The position numbers and the translations under genes are program-made. Shown here piece after piece: positions 12,901-20,546 of a DNA stretch of 64,000 bases. Below the pieces are notes generated by a model, which was not told the DNA's origin, did no database searches, and saw only the letters and a list, made by a program, of their open reading frames with translations. Source of the DNA: a virus. The stretch spans positions 12,598 through 76,597 of IMG/VR virus record IMGVR_UViG_3300017967_005407. One strand, 5' to 3'. The stretch's first letter is position 1. Every line of letters begins with the position of its first letter.

Positions 12901-14532
12901 AAAATGCTTGTAAAACAAGGAAATAGATTCTTAAATGCAGGTTATAATATAAGACATGTATTAACTAATGATAGAGTTTATGGGATACAAACATGGCAGT
13001 TTGAACAACCTACAAAAATTTCAAACGATGATGTTGTAGTATTACTTAATAATAAAGTTATCGTTGATGCAATTGATTATAGATGGGATGCAATCAATAG
13101 TAGAATAGAATTCTTGGATCCTAACTTAGGTGCAGTAGGTGATATTTTAGAAATATATGTTTTAGGTAATGGTGAATATTATTTCATCGATACAGTTGTT
13201 GACTTAGTTGACATGGAAGATAGCACTAGAGATGGATTGTTACACGACGAAGGCGATTTAGTTAGTTTTGTAATGGAAGACAGTACACAAATTTTTGCTA
13301 CTGTAAAAAGTTCAGAAACTACAGATACTGGAGTTAGATTAACACTAAATGGTTATTTTAAAGAGCTTAAAGTCAAAGCAGCAGAAAATGATGTACCTCT
13401 TTCTATTACAGGTGTAAAAACAGAAAGTTATCCACTTGCAGTCAGAATAGATGACGTTAAATTTGTAGAAAGTGAAAATTTAACATTTAAAGATGTTCCA
13501 GGAGTAGGCGAAAAAGTTGAAATAATAACATTCAGTGAACATGATGTTAATAACTTTGATAGACTAAGTTTTGAAGTGTTATACTCTCCTGTTATTTCAG
13601 TAAGTAGTACTGAATATAGCACTGCAATACAATTAACCAATGGTAGAATAACATTAAACACACCAGCGGCAGGTGTAAACTATGTTTGGGTAATACAAAA
13701 CCACAAATTGTTACGTCCAAGTATTGATTATAATTTAATGAGTGATAACACTGTTGTAAACTTGTTTACAAAACCAGAAGATAACGAAGTAATTGAAGTT
13801 ATCCAATTCGGAGCAAATGTTACAACTGAAAAATACGGATTTAGAATATTCAAAGACATGCTTAATAGAGTGCATTACAAACGTCTCAACGAAGATACTG
13901 TTTACAAACTAGCACAACCTTTAAACTATTACGACCAATATATTACAGTTGAAGATGCTTCTGATATTCCTGTGCCAAACAGAACAAAAGGCCAACCTGG
14001 TGTCCTGTTTATTGAAGGCGAAAGAATTGAATATTATGCAGTAGAAGGCAACCTATTAAGACAAATACGTAGAGGTACTTTAGGAACTGGTGTAAAAGCA
14101 CAATATCCGGCAGGTACTAAACTACAAGATCAGGGCGAACGTGAAAGTATTCCTTACAAAGATAAGGATATACAACAGATATTTGTGTCTGACGGATCAA
14201 CAAACATATATAATTTAGACTTTGATGTAACTGACGAAAATCAAATTGAAGTTGTTGTCGGAGGTAAAAAATTAAGAAAATCAACCACTGATGATTTCAC
14301 TGTTTTTGATCCTATAATTGATCAAGATAGTCCTGAAGGAGATCAAGTTGTTGCTCCAGAGTTTACAGTTGACGTAACAGAAGACACTGTTACACTTAGA
14401 GACGATGTTCCTACTGGTGTAAGAATTGTAGTTCAACGCAAAGAAGGAAAACTCTGGACAGATGATTTGTCAACTAGTGATTCAAAAATTGCTAGATTTA
14501 TAAGAGCAGGAACAATTAAGTTAAGCAAATAA
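946..14532 (+). CDS. Giant (4528 aa) virion structural protein, probably a baseplate wedge/hub-associated subunit with adhesin-like modules
   Basis: Uninterrupted ORF with GAGGA RBS. Contains CBM5/12-like repeats, FG-GAP-like propeller repeats, 'GYGYKSAPQVTVTG' motifs typical of T4-like structural proteins and repeated 'F-x-G-D-G' Ig-like modules. Sits between a gp6-like gene and fibre genes. Confidence 0.75.
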   Translation: MAYNDQQQEFPVGDNRKKSSKFLPRYFRTSTNEKLTGSTIDQLFSTGAVEKINAFVGRKNAKANINNSTYLTEINSLRQNYQLDPSINIKDDLDNVVFHKDYIDYIGQLNSFYSNTKNQSKLNEQEIYSWNPNINFDMFTNFREYYWLPNGPQTVTVTGNQRNVVSTYKVSVVDDGDNFAYVFTPDKLTRNPLLTLYKGQTYRFEINTPGHPFAFAISREFLPGLTYEDSVRNESTLYTTGITTTNADVDGYVENGIIEFTIADNTPDSLFYISKEDINTSGLLNIASIEENTVLDVDKEIVGKTTYTTGQGWSLSNGMKITFAGNITPEKYSSGEFYVEGVGKEIVLIPLEDLTTVDLLSDDENVPFDVYGFDRLPWSTTVGYPAVKDYIISNRSSKDKNPWARYNRWFHISVINESANINKQDYILPENSRAKRPIIEFAPGIKMWHNGTVCKTPIDLIDDWTKDVFSIIEGREGYNIDNVDVVDGMRILFTADTDPQVKNKIYKVEFIKFQNKTQISLVEEPDALPNEDEIVLVTSGKINSGKQYFYTNGSWKKAQEKISVNQTPLFDMFDENGISYGDEFYTSNDFVGNTIFSYKQGSGSNDSELGFPISYKNIDNVGDIVFEFNLLKQVNTYIVDDETVNLPSNKGFLKITDSYNAEESFTNAWKKHYKKSSQAVILDYQGNEQTNNYEINCFEKSERLNDLQLKVFTNRKFLKLGTDYTLTANARENVVINLVEDIAENDRLIIKCYSESEKNSNGYYETAYNLERNPNNLDVTEFTIGEVNDHVQTIVENIDNFNGIHPGVGNLRDLGPIEIYGDRFVTHSGPIGLPLYHLTSKEHNVVNSIKLALREYSKFKREFLRIATYDGYNNTIVKHVDYLLGQFASSKTRSDAFYDSDTVPFGGKNIIEYTVLDAGNPYYPLTTAFDITSLSSKAVLIYKNGVQLLYGIDYEFTTEGFVYIFTVQNDDKIEIHEYETTDGCFVPPTPSKLGLYPLYEPKIYVDTSYSTPTKVVRGHDGSRTVAFDDFRDELLLELEKRIFNNVKNRYDAEIFNIYDFVPGRYRNTGLSQKDIDFILIADFINWTNVSQVYDYQENKYSDINDSFSYNYKVSSDIDGNRLEGFWRAVYKNAYDTDTPNLTPWEMLGFTVQPTWWESVYGPAPYTLDNIPLWKDLEAGIIREPNKLIRKNVKFARPNLTKQIPVNENGQLRSPFETGFAKDFSFANQIGYSLEFGDQGPAETAWRRSSEYPFSLITALLLLRPAQIFGLTYDNSKIKKNLAGNIVYNDAGIRTSKIDFDNLTSGLINYIKGLINFKSMSFEKYKDDVKNISFNLSFRLAGFSDKEKVNLVLDSKTPNSSGDIFTPQENYNLFLKTSSPYDVATYSGVVIEKVATGYNIRGYDRYNPQFTYYDVIPSNNDPFFTVGGISETFSNWTSEKLYVAGGIVRFSDVYYRVNETHTSGNDFDNTKFSKLAELPTVGGRTARFSKRFSTQKSTLQYGTVLKTYQQVVDFLLGYDRYLQEIGFEFDYNNSNYGIVENFRLSAKEFLFWTTQNWGENSVISLSPSANQIKFKRNFYLPDSLYDGIFDYEILDQDGKLLSNEFVNLVRDTDNTFSLASNDENIGVYFVRLFLVQKEHCIVIDNNTVFADTIYNETSGYRQERIKVVGYKTADWSGTLNIPGFVFDEPKATKWKSYADYIIGDVVQYKDKYYTAILSHTSAEFFNATNWTILSEKPTNQLIPNFDYRASQFADFYDLDTDNFDTEQQRLAQHLIGYQKREYLKNIINDDISQYKFYQGMIQDKGTKNVLTKLFDKLSAADKDSIEFFEEWAIRAGQYGATDSFDEFEITIDESKYKLSPQPFELVKSVDRTRTDFIYQVPTTDIEIKPLNYNETIFEYKDYEEITKTAGYVAPAQIDFITSGIDQLLGFDINLVTQGQYVWVTEDGLDWSVYEFVKKDYQVERIVKTLTGFKVFFDKQHDLSPNDVIGLTNITDELDGFRQVIYTGYKEVEFYTESDIAEDEINLEDSSKGIVLKVASRRFNDIDSCNTNLTVTDVSDGKKVWIDNIGNNKWSVLENKSVFDVEDIIVNPQTGLKTNFADAIAVDQTNTRLAIGDPNSNGRVIVYSRIGENGDFTSTENYQADTAIVGNNSRFGASLAMSPNGDYLFVAAPNAANLNTRFKGNILSGTSYSAGDIVNDRGTLWRAKVDIDGSDTSTINKLSQDWEVAPLIEVDNDGSSTASVSGAVSIYKKAEVGTTYELQTTIVSPDPTAAEQFGRIVKCRKDLDGILRLYIASNVAEGRIYFFDNDTEDGSFKFSKDNNYRGSFSVAENYVEGEIVWYNTTGGADGDSNLYRATKDLPAQTFNSAFWEVLDVYVDYKGYIPPQINLLKEESDNLGVADGFDIATDFDVSLDGEVIIVNGEDVLNTNKVSIYRRVDNRYAYYETIETNDIGEDFGRNIAVSANGKAIAISAIRNDDLGTDYGAVYVYRYNGNEYALTQTLYPPTGNDGELFGIDLNFSDENLIIASANGFRSNPTLFDQTLIRVEDTTFDNNTTKFFNKFENGGTIYIFQNFNNNYLYAEELDWNYNTKGSSTPILLSNFNHIYIGYPRLEYTADYGVVVNLKRDKTKYTWNKLSEQIDTPDINKIKRAFLFDKTNNDIITFLDVVDPIQGKIAGPAEEAIDLKLAFDPASYSVDVTNNNNQDFWASEFVGTYWWNTGSTKWYNPYQGNAENQTSFWNKLIPNSTTEVYEWVESDYLPSEWDELADTNDGIIEGISGISKYGDFKYSVGRKFNSVTETFETKYYFWVQNNKLRTSENKKISSYDAQQLIVDPQGSGYRFMSALSTDKFALHNVGSLIKDKDVALHIDVYKGEINDRNIHTEYKLLSEGLAGSNPPETFINKWIDSLVGYDVNNRPVPDPDLGETKKYGIENRPRQGLFRNNLEALKQTLERTNYILRQQIITDFKDIDDLFKEDQKPRLLEGLFDVEVDTVDDITTIGVANTKQATLTPVLENGRLVSVIVDDRGYGYKSAPQVTVTGTGTDAEVQVTIDNVGRISSVKIVNQGNNYSSMNLSVRPFSLLINSDAELNGKWAIYDYDYNGNFERVKYQRWTVPSYWNYSDWYETGYDANTAIDYLIDGSYQLDSINDTIGDVVKIKDVGTGGWLLLQKIDVQPEVDYTVNYKTIGRQNGTIQFSSRLYQNTNFGFDKIGFDNLVYDTEPVNERRIILETLRDKILIDDLELKFNEILFTGIRYALYEQQTVDWIFKTSFLTAKHNVGELDQRINFKSDNLDSYKDFISEVKPYSSKIREYISAYDKVENSQTMISDFDLPPRYDQIQNKIVTETVKFYNERIVGDREFIDTYPQKNWLENYKFKIQELVIYNQGYGLNSQPVITISGGNGPTLTGKGFRTGDKLTSIDIDFSDALYTSQPTVTVNGSFEDDYEMPRIIAVIGDSPVRSTHMIMKFDRVSGNFVFTDLKTVETFTGTGAKKVYTTKWPLDLRKSRINVTVDGNKVLYTDFTTSNIDDTLKTYDRTIGQIEFETAPENNSVIEITYYKDPAMLEAADRINFFYNPTSGMPGITKNEDGTKNLGQLMTGVDYEGVKVESVDFETDQGFDIGGFGIIPWDIFNETEDEIFTLDGSTLVLTLSKPLEDGVAYNIYKNNVRIDDPNFDGSSAITNKNALMNTVYGDGVQDEIAIDNEVPTAEGDVFIVRKSTSDGSFNPADNVLDTELTGGGFNNTAKGLDSGEIVVDGDGFVTPITSAGPEEVVPGQIVDTLDIQVKHKPADGQGIKTSYIYKTSSSILSYAIDMLPQSQQAIIVNLNGNKVDDASYTVDYENNLLTFEDDSTIQDDMDLHIIVIGNNGTDILESDTFIGDGVTNIFVTGIKFIDPLSSFVTLNGEVQQLGLNYEIFETDSTYKQENCAAIRFSRTPAIGEVIGFSLYNNDAKSFSEIMVDKSFIGDGVNYVYKFDADKLPFTEKPFTHKMLVKQGNRFLNAGYNIRHVLTNDRVYGIQTWQFEQPTKISNDDVVVLLNNKVIVDAIDYRWDAINSRIEFLDPNLGAVGDILEIYVLGNGEYYFIDTVVDLVDMEDSTRDGLLHDEGDLVSFVMEDSTQIFATVKSSETTDTGVRLTLNGYFKELKVKAAENDVPLSITGVKTESYPLAVRIDDVKFVESENLTFKDVPGVGEKVEIITFSEHDVNNFDRLSFEVLYSPVISVSSTEYSTAIQLTNGRITLNTPAAGVNYVWVIQNHKLLRPSIDYNLMSDNTVVNLFTKPEDNEVIEVIQFGANVTTEKYGFRIFKDMLNRVHYKRLNEDTVYKLAQPLNYYDQYITVEDASDIPVPNRTKGQPGVLFIEGERIEYYAVEGNLLRQIRRGTLGTGVKAQYPAGTKLQDQGERESIPYKDKDIQQIFVSDGSTNIYNLDFDVTDENQIEVVVGGKKLRKSTTDDFTVFDPIIDQDSPEGDQVVAPEFTVDVTEDTVTLRDDVPTGVRIVVQRKEGKLWTDDLSTSDSKIARFIRAGTIKLSK

Positions 14533-14535
14533 ATA
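14529..14535 (+). promoter_or_regulatory. Late-promoter-like ATAAATA
   Basis: ATAAATA overlaps the stop codon of the giant ORF, ~27 nt upstream of the next ATG; resembles the T4 gp55-dependent TATAAATA. Confidence 0.55.
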
Positions 14536-14561
14536 CAGTATAAGTAAAGGTAAGCAAGCAA

Positions 14562-15167
14562 ATGCAATACAATGATTCAAATAAACTTAACATACAAGGT
14601 CATATAAAAATACATGATCCATTGTCTGGAGAAGTTTTTATTAATAAAAGGAATGCAATACATTATGAAAATATGAGTATTGCATTAGCAGAAAGTTTAG
14701 GCAACCAAGGATCTGGTTTCGTTTATGAAATGAGTTTTGGTAATGGAGGTACTAGTGTTGATCCTACTGGTGTTATTACATATCTAACACCTAACAGCAC
14801 AGGTACTACAGCAAGTTTATACAATCAAACATACAGCAAAGTTGTCGATGAACGCAGTGTTAACAACACAGATCCAACTCGTAATAAAATGGAAATTAGA
14901 CACGTTAGCGGTCAAAATTATACTGATTTGTTTGTTAATTGTTTGCTTGATTACAGTGAGCCTAATGGACAAGATGCATTTGATACCAGTGGCGATAGTG
15001 AAAATCAATTTGTATTCGACGAGTTAGGTTTAAGAGGTTACAGTGATGATGGAAATGGCAGACTGCTTACCCATGTTATTTTCCATCCTGTGCAAAAATC
15101 TTTAAACAGATTGATTCAAATTGATTATACTGTAAGAATACAGAGTCTAAGCGGAGGTAACAGCTAA
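14562..15167 (+). CDS. Baseplate/tail-fibre attachment structural protein (DUF3751-like)
   Basis: 'MSFGNGG' and 'FDELGL...GRLLTHVIFHPVQKS...IDYTVRI' resemble tail-collar-fibre N-terminal domains; structural gene context. Confidence 0.5.
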   Translation: MQYNDSNKLNIQGHIKIHDPLSGEVFINKRNAIHYENMSIALAESLGNQGSGFVYEMSFGNGGTSVDPTGVITYLTPNSTGTTASLYNQTYSKVVDERSVNNTDPTRNKMEIRHVSGQNYTDLFVNCLLDYSEPNGQDAFDTSGDSENQFVFDELGLRGYSDDGNGRLLTHVIFHPVQKSLNRLIQIDYTVRIQSLSGGNS

Positions 15168-17164
15168 TGGCATACCAGATTAAGTTCACTGACAGTGTAA
15201 ACAAAGGCGAAATTGAAGTTGTTGAAAAAGAAATTAACACAGATACAAGTTTGCGTTTGCCTGGCAGAGGCGCAACAAACTTTGGAGAAGCAGTATTAAC
15301 AAACTTTTTACATTTGCTTGAAAACTTTGCTGACAACAATCCGCCTAGTAATCCTGTTGAAGGACAACTTTGGTATGATAATACTTCTCAAAACGATACA
15401 TTAAAAGTTTATGATGGTACTAATTGGGTTAGTGCAGGTGGATTAAAGAAAGGCACTGATGAGCCCGATATATCCAACAGTGTATTAGGAGATTTGTGGG
15501 TAAACACCAGTACACAGCAACTCTACTTGTACAGCGGCAGCGGTTGGATTTTGGTAGGACCGGAAATTGCCAGCGGAACAAACACAGGTGCAAAAGCAGT
15601 TACAATAACAGATACCGACAATGTAGATAGACAAGCAATAATCAATTATGTTGATGATGTTGCAGTTAGTATTATAGTTGGTACAACATTTACACCTAAA
15701 ATATTAATTCCTGGATTTGGACAGTTATCACCAGGCGTTAATATAAGTTCTAGTATTGATAGTACTGTTGCAAGATTTAAAGGCATAGCAGACAAAGCTG
15801 AACAACTACTTGTAAATGGTAATCCTGTTGATGGCAATAAATTTGTTAGGAATGACGAAGCAACAATTACAACATTTCCTTTTACAGTAAGAACAAACGA
15901 AGGTATAGAAATTGGCAATACAAGAACTTTGGCATTTGAAGTAGAAGGAACTAATGCAGTTATTAGCCAAAATCAAAGCACTGGATTTTTTGATTTAAGA
16001 ACAAATAATAATGGTAGCACCATTACACCTATACGAATAAAAAATAACGGAAATGTTGGTATACTTACAGCTGATCCTGTTGAAGCATTAGACGTTACCG
16101 GTAATATTATAAACACAGGAGATATTACAACAGCAGGGGATTTAACTGTTGCAGGGATATCTAGTTTTAGTGATAACATTACAGTTACTGGTAGTGCAAA
16201 TATAAGCGGCGCACTTACAACTGATAATATTTTTCCTGAAGAAGCTGGAATAACAAATATCGGAACAAATGCAAATAGATTTAATAATATTTTTGCAAAT
16301 AAATTTACAGGAAGTTTAGTTGGCGATGTTACTGGTAATGTCACAGGTAGTTCAGGTAGTACAAATAAACTTACAAGTGCAACTACATTTAGTATGACAG
16401 GTGAAGTAAGTTCAACTAATAGCGTTGCATTTGACGGACAAACAGGCGGCTTGACCAAACAATTTACCACTCAAATTAACCAAACCTTTATTGCAGATAA
16501 AACAGCAGTAACTACACCTGATTCTGCAGACGAAATTGTAATAAACAGACCTGGCACAGGTTTACGTAAAATTACACAATCTAATCTTGTAAGCACTATT
16601 CCTGTTATACCAATTGGTACATTAGTTCCATATGCAGGACTTACTGCCCCAACTGGATGGTTCTTGTGTGATGGATCAGAAAAAAGTTTATTAACATATG
16701 TTTTATTAGCAAATACTCTAGGTTATGATCCTGCTGATAACAACACATGGTATTGGGGAACATCTAGCAATCCTGCAACATTCTTTAATATTCCGGATCT
16801 TAGGGGTAGAATGCCAACTGGTATATCTTCGAGTTTAACTGGACCAAACAGATTAGTTAGTGATCCGGCACTTGGCCAAATGGGCGGAATCGGCGGCGAA
16901 GAAAGTGTTGTTTTAGATATAAACAATATACCAGATCACACGCATAACCTAGAAAGTGATGCAGGAGACACTTATTATGCAGTCAGTAAAGTTGACAACA
17001 GTGGCGAAACAGATGTGGATTTATATACACAAGAGGTTTCATCAAATGCTGCTAGTGGTATCACTACAACAGGAGGCGTAGATAATCCAACATTAGCTTC
17101 TAGTGTAGACATTACTCCGCCCTATGTTGCAATTAATTATATAATTTATCATGGAGTACTGTAA
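15167..17164 (+). CDS. Tail fibre/baseplate protein with C-terminal phage tail collar domain
   Basis: Collar motif 'PIGTLVPYAGLTAPTGWFLCDGS...FNIPDLRGRMPTG'. N-terminal domain shared with the next two genes. Confidence 0.8.
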   Translation: MAYQIKFTDSVNKGEIEVVEKEINTDTSLRLPGRGATNFGEAVLTNFLHLLENFADNNPPSNPVEGQLWYDNTSQNDTLKVYDGTNWVSAGGLKKGTDEPDISNSVLGDLWVNTSTQQLYLYSGSGWILVGPEIASGTNTGAKAVTITDTDNVDRQAIINYVDDVAVSIIVGTTFTPKILIPGFGQLSPGVNISSSIDSTVARFKGIADKAEQLLVNGNPVDGNKFVRNDEATITTFPFTVRTNEGIEIGNTRTLAFEVEGTNAVISQNQSTGFFDLRTNNNGSTITPIRIKNNGNVGILTADPVEALDVTGNIINTGDITTAGDLTVAGISSFSDNITVTGSANISGALTTDNIFPEEAGITNIGTNANRFNNIFANKFTGSLVGDVTGNVTGSSGSTNKLTSATTFSMTGEVSSTNSVAFDGQTGGLTKQFTTQINQTFIADKTAVTTPDSADEIVINRPGTGLRKITQSNLVSTIPVIPIGTLVPYAGLTAPTGWFLCDGSEKSLLTYVLLANTLGYDPADNNTWYWGTSSNPATFFNIPDLRGRMPTGISSSLTGPNRLVSDPALGQMGGIGGEESVVLDINNIPDHTHNLESDAGDTYYAVSKVDNSGETDVDLYTQEVSSNAASGITTTGGVDNPTLASSVDITPPYVAINYIIYHGVL

Positions 17165-18996
17165 TGGCATATCAATTAAACAAAACTGACGGATCTTTAC
17201 TTACAGAAATAATTGACGGTAAAATAGACGAAAACAGTACTAACTTAATTTTTATAGGTAGAAACTATAAAGGCTTTGGAGAATTTATAAATGAAAACTT
17301 TATAAAACTTTTAGAAACTTTTGCTAATACTGCACCACCTAGTAAACCAATTAAAGGTCAGTTATGGTTTGATACTAGTGAAAATAGATTAAAAGTTTAT
17401 GACGGCACTACATTTAGAAGCACAGATAATAGTACATATACTTCACCTCAACCAACGAGTTTAGTCGAAGGTGATATTTGGATTGATAGCGAAAACCAAC
17501 AAATGTATTTTGCTACAGGTGAAGGAATTCAACTTGTAGGACCAAATTATACATCCAGCCAGTTGAAGTCAGGTCAGTTTATCGAAACTATACGAGATAC
17601 AACAGGTACTAACCAAACAATAACACAAGAATATATAAATGGAAGTTTGGTTTTGATTCACAGTAAAACTGCATTTACACCAGCTATTCCAATTAATGGA
17701 TTTACCAGTATAAAAGTAGGTACAAATGTAAGTTCTCTGTTTAACTTCCAGTTTTATGGTACAGCATCAAACAGTTTAAAACTTACAGATAGCACAGGTA
17801 CAGAATATACTCAAAATGACTTTTTAACAACACAGTCGGGTCAAGGACAAAACACTACCAGCGCAGAAATTAATTTTTATAATAATAATGGTATTGTTAT
17901 TGGACAAAGTCCACTTGTAAGGATTGCAACTGGATCTGATATTTTATTTAAAGCTGAAACAGAAGATACTGATATTAAAATTCAAGTTCAGCATGATACA
18001 GATTCTGATAATCAACCTGATGTGTTAGATGCTATTCATATAGATACAATTAATCAAAGAGTAGGTATTTTTAAAACAGATCCTGAATTCAATTTGGACG
18101 TTACAGGTGACGCAAGAATTACAGGCAATTTACGTGTAGAAGGTGATACTACAAGTTTAGATGTAAGTAACTTACGTGTTGAAGATAAATTAATCGAGCT
18201 TGCTATTACAAGTGATAGTACATTATTAGAAGAAGCCGATGTAGATGGATCCGGAATAGCAATCAGAGTATCAGGTGATGACAAATATTGGACTTGGGAA
18301 TTAGCTAATGATGCATGGACAAGTAGCACAAATATTGATATTCCTAAAGATTATGCTTATAAAATAAATGGTGTAAATGTATTAACGGCTACAAGTTTAG
18401 CTTCTAGTGTAGTAAATGCACCTGGTTTAACAAATATAGGTGTACTTGGAGATTTAACAGTTGATAATATTGATATAGATGGCAACAGAATAACAAGTAG
18501 AATTAGCGGATTACAATTAGATAGTGTTAACACAATTAGTTTGGTAACACAACAAAAAATTGCCAATGTTGCAGAACCCACTACGTCAACTGATGTTGCT
18601 ACCAAGGGTTATGTAGATACAAAATCAAATGCACAGCCACTTTACTTCAGTTTAGTAATAGATGGTATGGGTACAGGTGTTACATTACAAGCTAATGTTG
18701 GCACTGTGTTAAATGAATTAGCGCCAGCAGCTGGATTAGCAGTTGGAACAATAGCTAAAGTTTATTGTGTTGCAAGTTCTTCAAGTACAGATCCAATTGA
18801 TGTAAACACAGCAATCAGTAAAACATTTACAAACGTTGACAGTAACGGTGTACAAAACCAATCAGTAGTTGAAGACTTTAGTATTGCTGATGTATCAACA
18901 ACTATTACCACAAATTATACAAGAACAATTATGTCTTATAGTGTAAACGGTAGTAATGTTTGGACATATAGCTCAACAGTAACTTCGGCGGTATAA
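17164..18996 (+). CDS. Tail fibre/baseplate protein, paralog 2
   Basis: Shared N-terminus 'MAYQLNK...NFIKLLETFA...GQLWFD...LKVYDG'; fibre motifs 'RVGI..TDP...LDVTG' and 'DVATKGYVD'. Confidence 0.75.
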   Translation: MAYQLNKTDGSLLTEIIDGKIDENSTNLIFIGRNYKGFGEFINENFIKLLETFANTAPPSKPIKGQLWFDTSENRLKVYDGTTFRSTDNSTYTSPQPTSLVEGDIWIDSENQQMYFATGEGIQLVGPNYTSSQLKSGQFIETIRDTTGTNQTITQEYINGSLVLIHSKTAFTPAIPINGFTSIKVGTNVSSLFNFQFYGTASNSLKLTDSTGTEYTQNDFLTTQSGQGQNTTSAEINFYNNNGIVIGQSPLVRIATGSDILFKAETEDTDIKIQVQHDTDSDNQPDVLDAIHIDTINQRVGIFKTDPEFNLDVTGDARITGNLRVEGDTTSLDVSNLRVEDKLIELAITSDSTLLEEADVDGSGIAIRVSGDDKYWTWELANDAWTSSTNIDIPKDYAYKINGVNVLTATSLASSVVNAPGLTNIGVLGDLTVDNIDIDGNRITSRISGLQLDSVNTISLVTQQKIANVAEPTTSTDVATKGYVDTKSNAQPLYFSLVIDGMGTGVTLQANVGTVLNELAPAAGLAVGTIAKVYCVASSSSTDPIDVNTAISKTFTNVDSNGVQNQSVVEDFSIADVSTTITTNYTRTIMSYSVNGSNVWTYSSTVTSAV

Positions 18997-18998
18997 GC

Positions 18999-19005
18999 AT
19001 AAATA
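18999..19005 (+). promoter_or_regulatory. Late-promoter-like ATAAATA
   Basis: Intergenic ATAAATA followed by a GAGGA RBS and ATG 19032. Confidence 0.55.
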
Positions 19006-19031
19006 TAGTGTAGAATGAGGAAAATCGTCAA

Positions 19032-20546
19032 ATGGCATACATAATTAACAAATTTAACGGTACACAACTTTTAACAGTTGAAGACGGTACAGTTGATAAT
19101 ACAACAGATCTAAAATTTGTAGGAAAAAACTACAGTGGATATGGTGAAATACAAAACGAAAATTATTTGTTTTTACTAGAAAATTTTGCAGGAACAGCTT
19201 CGCCTACTAAGGCAATCAGTGGTCAGATTTGGTTTGATGCATCTTTGAATAAATTAAAATTTTATACAGGATCTCAATGGAAAAACACTGGAGGTTCTGA
19301 AGTAAGCAGTAGTGCTCCAACAGGTTTGACTGTAGGTGATTTTTGGTTTAATAATGCCACAAACCAATTATATGCTAGAACTTCACAAGACGATTTTGTA
19401 CTAGTAGGTCCACAAGCAGCAGGTGACGGACAAACACAAATGCGCAGTATTGATGTTGTTGATACTGGTAACACTAGTAAAGCTATTATAGCAGCATTGG
19501 TAAATGACAATGTGCAATTTGTTATAAGTGATGAAGAATTTACACTCAAATCTACACAAGATTCTAATGTTCCTGTCGGAGTAAACAGTACTAATTTTCC
19601 AAAGATCAAAAAAGGTTTAACATTAATTAATACTGATTCTATTGGTGTTACTACAAATGCAGGACAAACAAACGAACCTGTGCTTTGGGCAACAGCTAGT
19701 GATGCACTTAGATTAGGCGGCATTCCTGCTGCTGATTATATTACTGTAAATGAAACAGATTTTACTAACCTAGTAACTTTTGACGATATTGGTTTTAGAG
19801 TAGGTGATAGTAATGATTTAGCAGTAAAAGTTGTTGACGGAAATGTTGGACAAATTGAAAATACAGTTGGCGAAGAAGTACGTTTAGGTGCAAAATTAAA
19901 TACAGATACAAACGCTAAAGTAATTGCAAAAGTAATTCATAACAATGAAAGAAAAGGTATTTTACCAGGATTAACAGAAGCTTACAACTTGGGCATTGAA
20001 ACCGAAAAGTGGAATAATGTTTGGGCAAATAATTTCAGAGGTATTGCAGACAAAGCAGATACAGTAAAATTAGGTAGTAGTTATGTAAGTGCTACCGCAG
20101 CTAGTTCAGCAGACACAGTAGTAGCTAGAGATGCTGATCAAAAAATTTACGCAGTAGAATTTGTAGGTGTAGCAAGCAGAGCTAGATATGCTGACTTAGC
20201 AGAAAAGTACACAACCGGCGAAACAGAATTACCAGCAGGTACAGCAGTAGCAGTTGGCGCAGACGATTGTTGTGAAGTAGTACCGGCTAAAGCAAGTGAT
20301 ATTTGCATTGGTGTTGTAAGCACAGATCCAGCGTATATGATGAATAGCGAAGCAGAAGGTCAGTACATTGGTTTAAAAGGTCGTGTGCCTGTTCGTGTAA
20401 AAGGTGCTGTTAAAAAAGGACAAGCAGTATACGCTTGGGAAGACGGAGTATGTGGTACTATACAAACAACTGGTTTAGTTGGGGTTGCATTAGAGTCAAA
20501 TGATAGCGAAGAAGAAAAACTTGTAGAATGTGTTTTAAAAACATAA
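19032..20546 (+). CDS. Tail fibre protein, paralog 3, with C-terminal peptidase G2-like intramolecular chaperone domain
   Basis: Shared N-terminal domain; C-terminal 'YADLAEKY...IGVVSTDPAYMMN...GLKGRVPVRVKGAVKKGQ'. Confidence 0.75.
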   Translation: MAYIINKFNGTQLLTVEDGTVDNTTDLKFVGKNYSGYGEIQNENYLFLLENFAGTASPTKAISGQIWFDASLNKLKFYTGSQWKNTGGSEVSSSAPTGLTVGDFWFNNATNQLYARTSQDDFVLVGPQAAGDGQTQMRSIDVVDTGNTSKAIIAALVNDNVQFVISDEEFTLKSTQDSNVPVGVNSTNFPKIKKGLTLINTDSIGVTTNAGQTNEPVLWATASDALRLGGIPAADYITVNETDFTNLVTFDDIGFRVGDSNDLAVKVVDGNVGQIENTVGEEVRLGAKLNTDTNAKVIAKVIHNNERKGILPGLTEAYNLGIETEKWNNVWANNFRGIADKADTVKLGSSYVSATAASSADTVVARDADQKIYAVEFVGVASRARYADLAEKYTTGETELPAGTAVAVGADDCCEVVPAKASDICIGVVSTDPAYMMNSEAEGQYIGLKGRVPVRVKGAVKKGQAVYAWEDGVCGTIQTTGLVGVALESNDSEEEKLVECVLKT

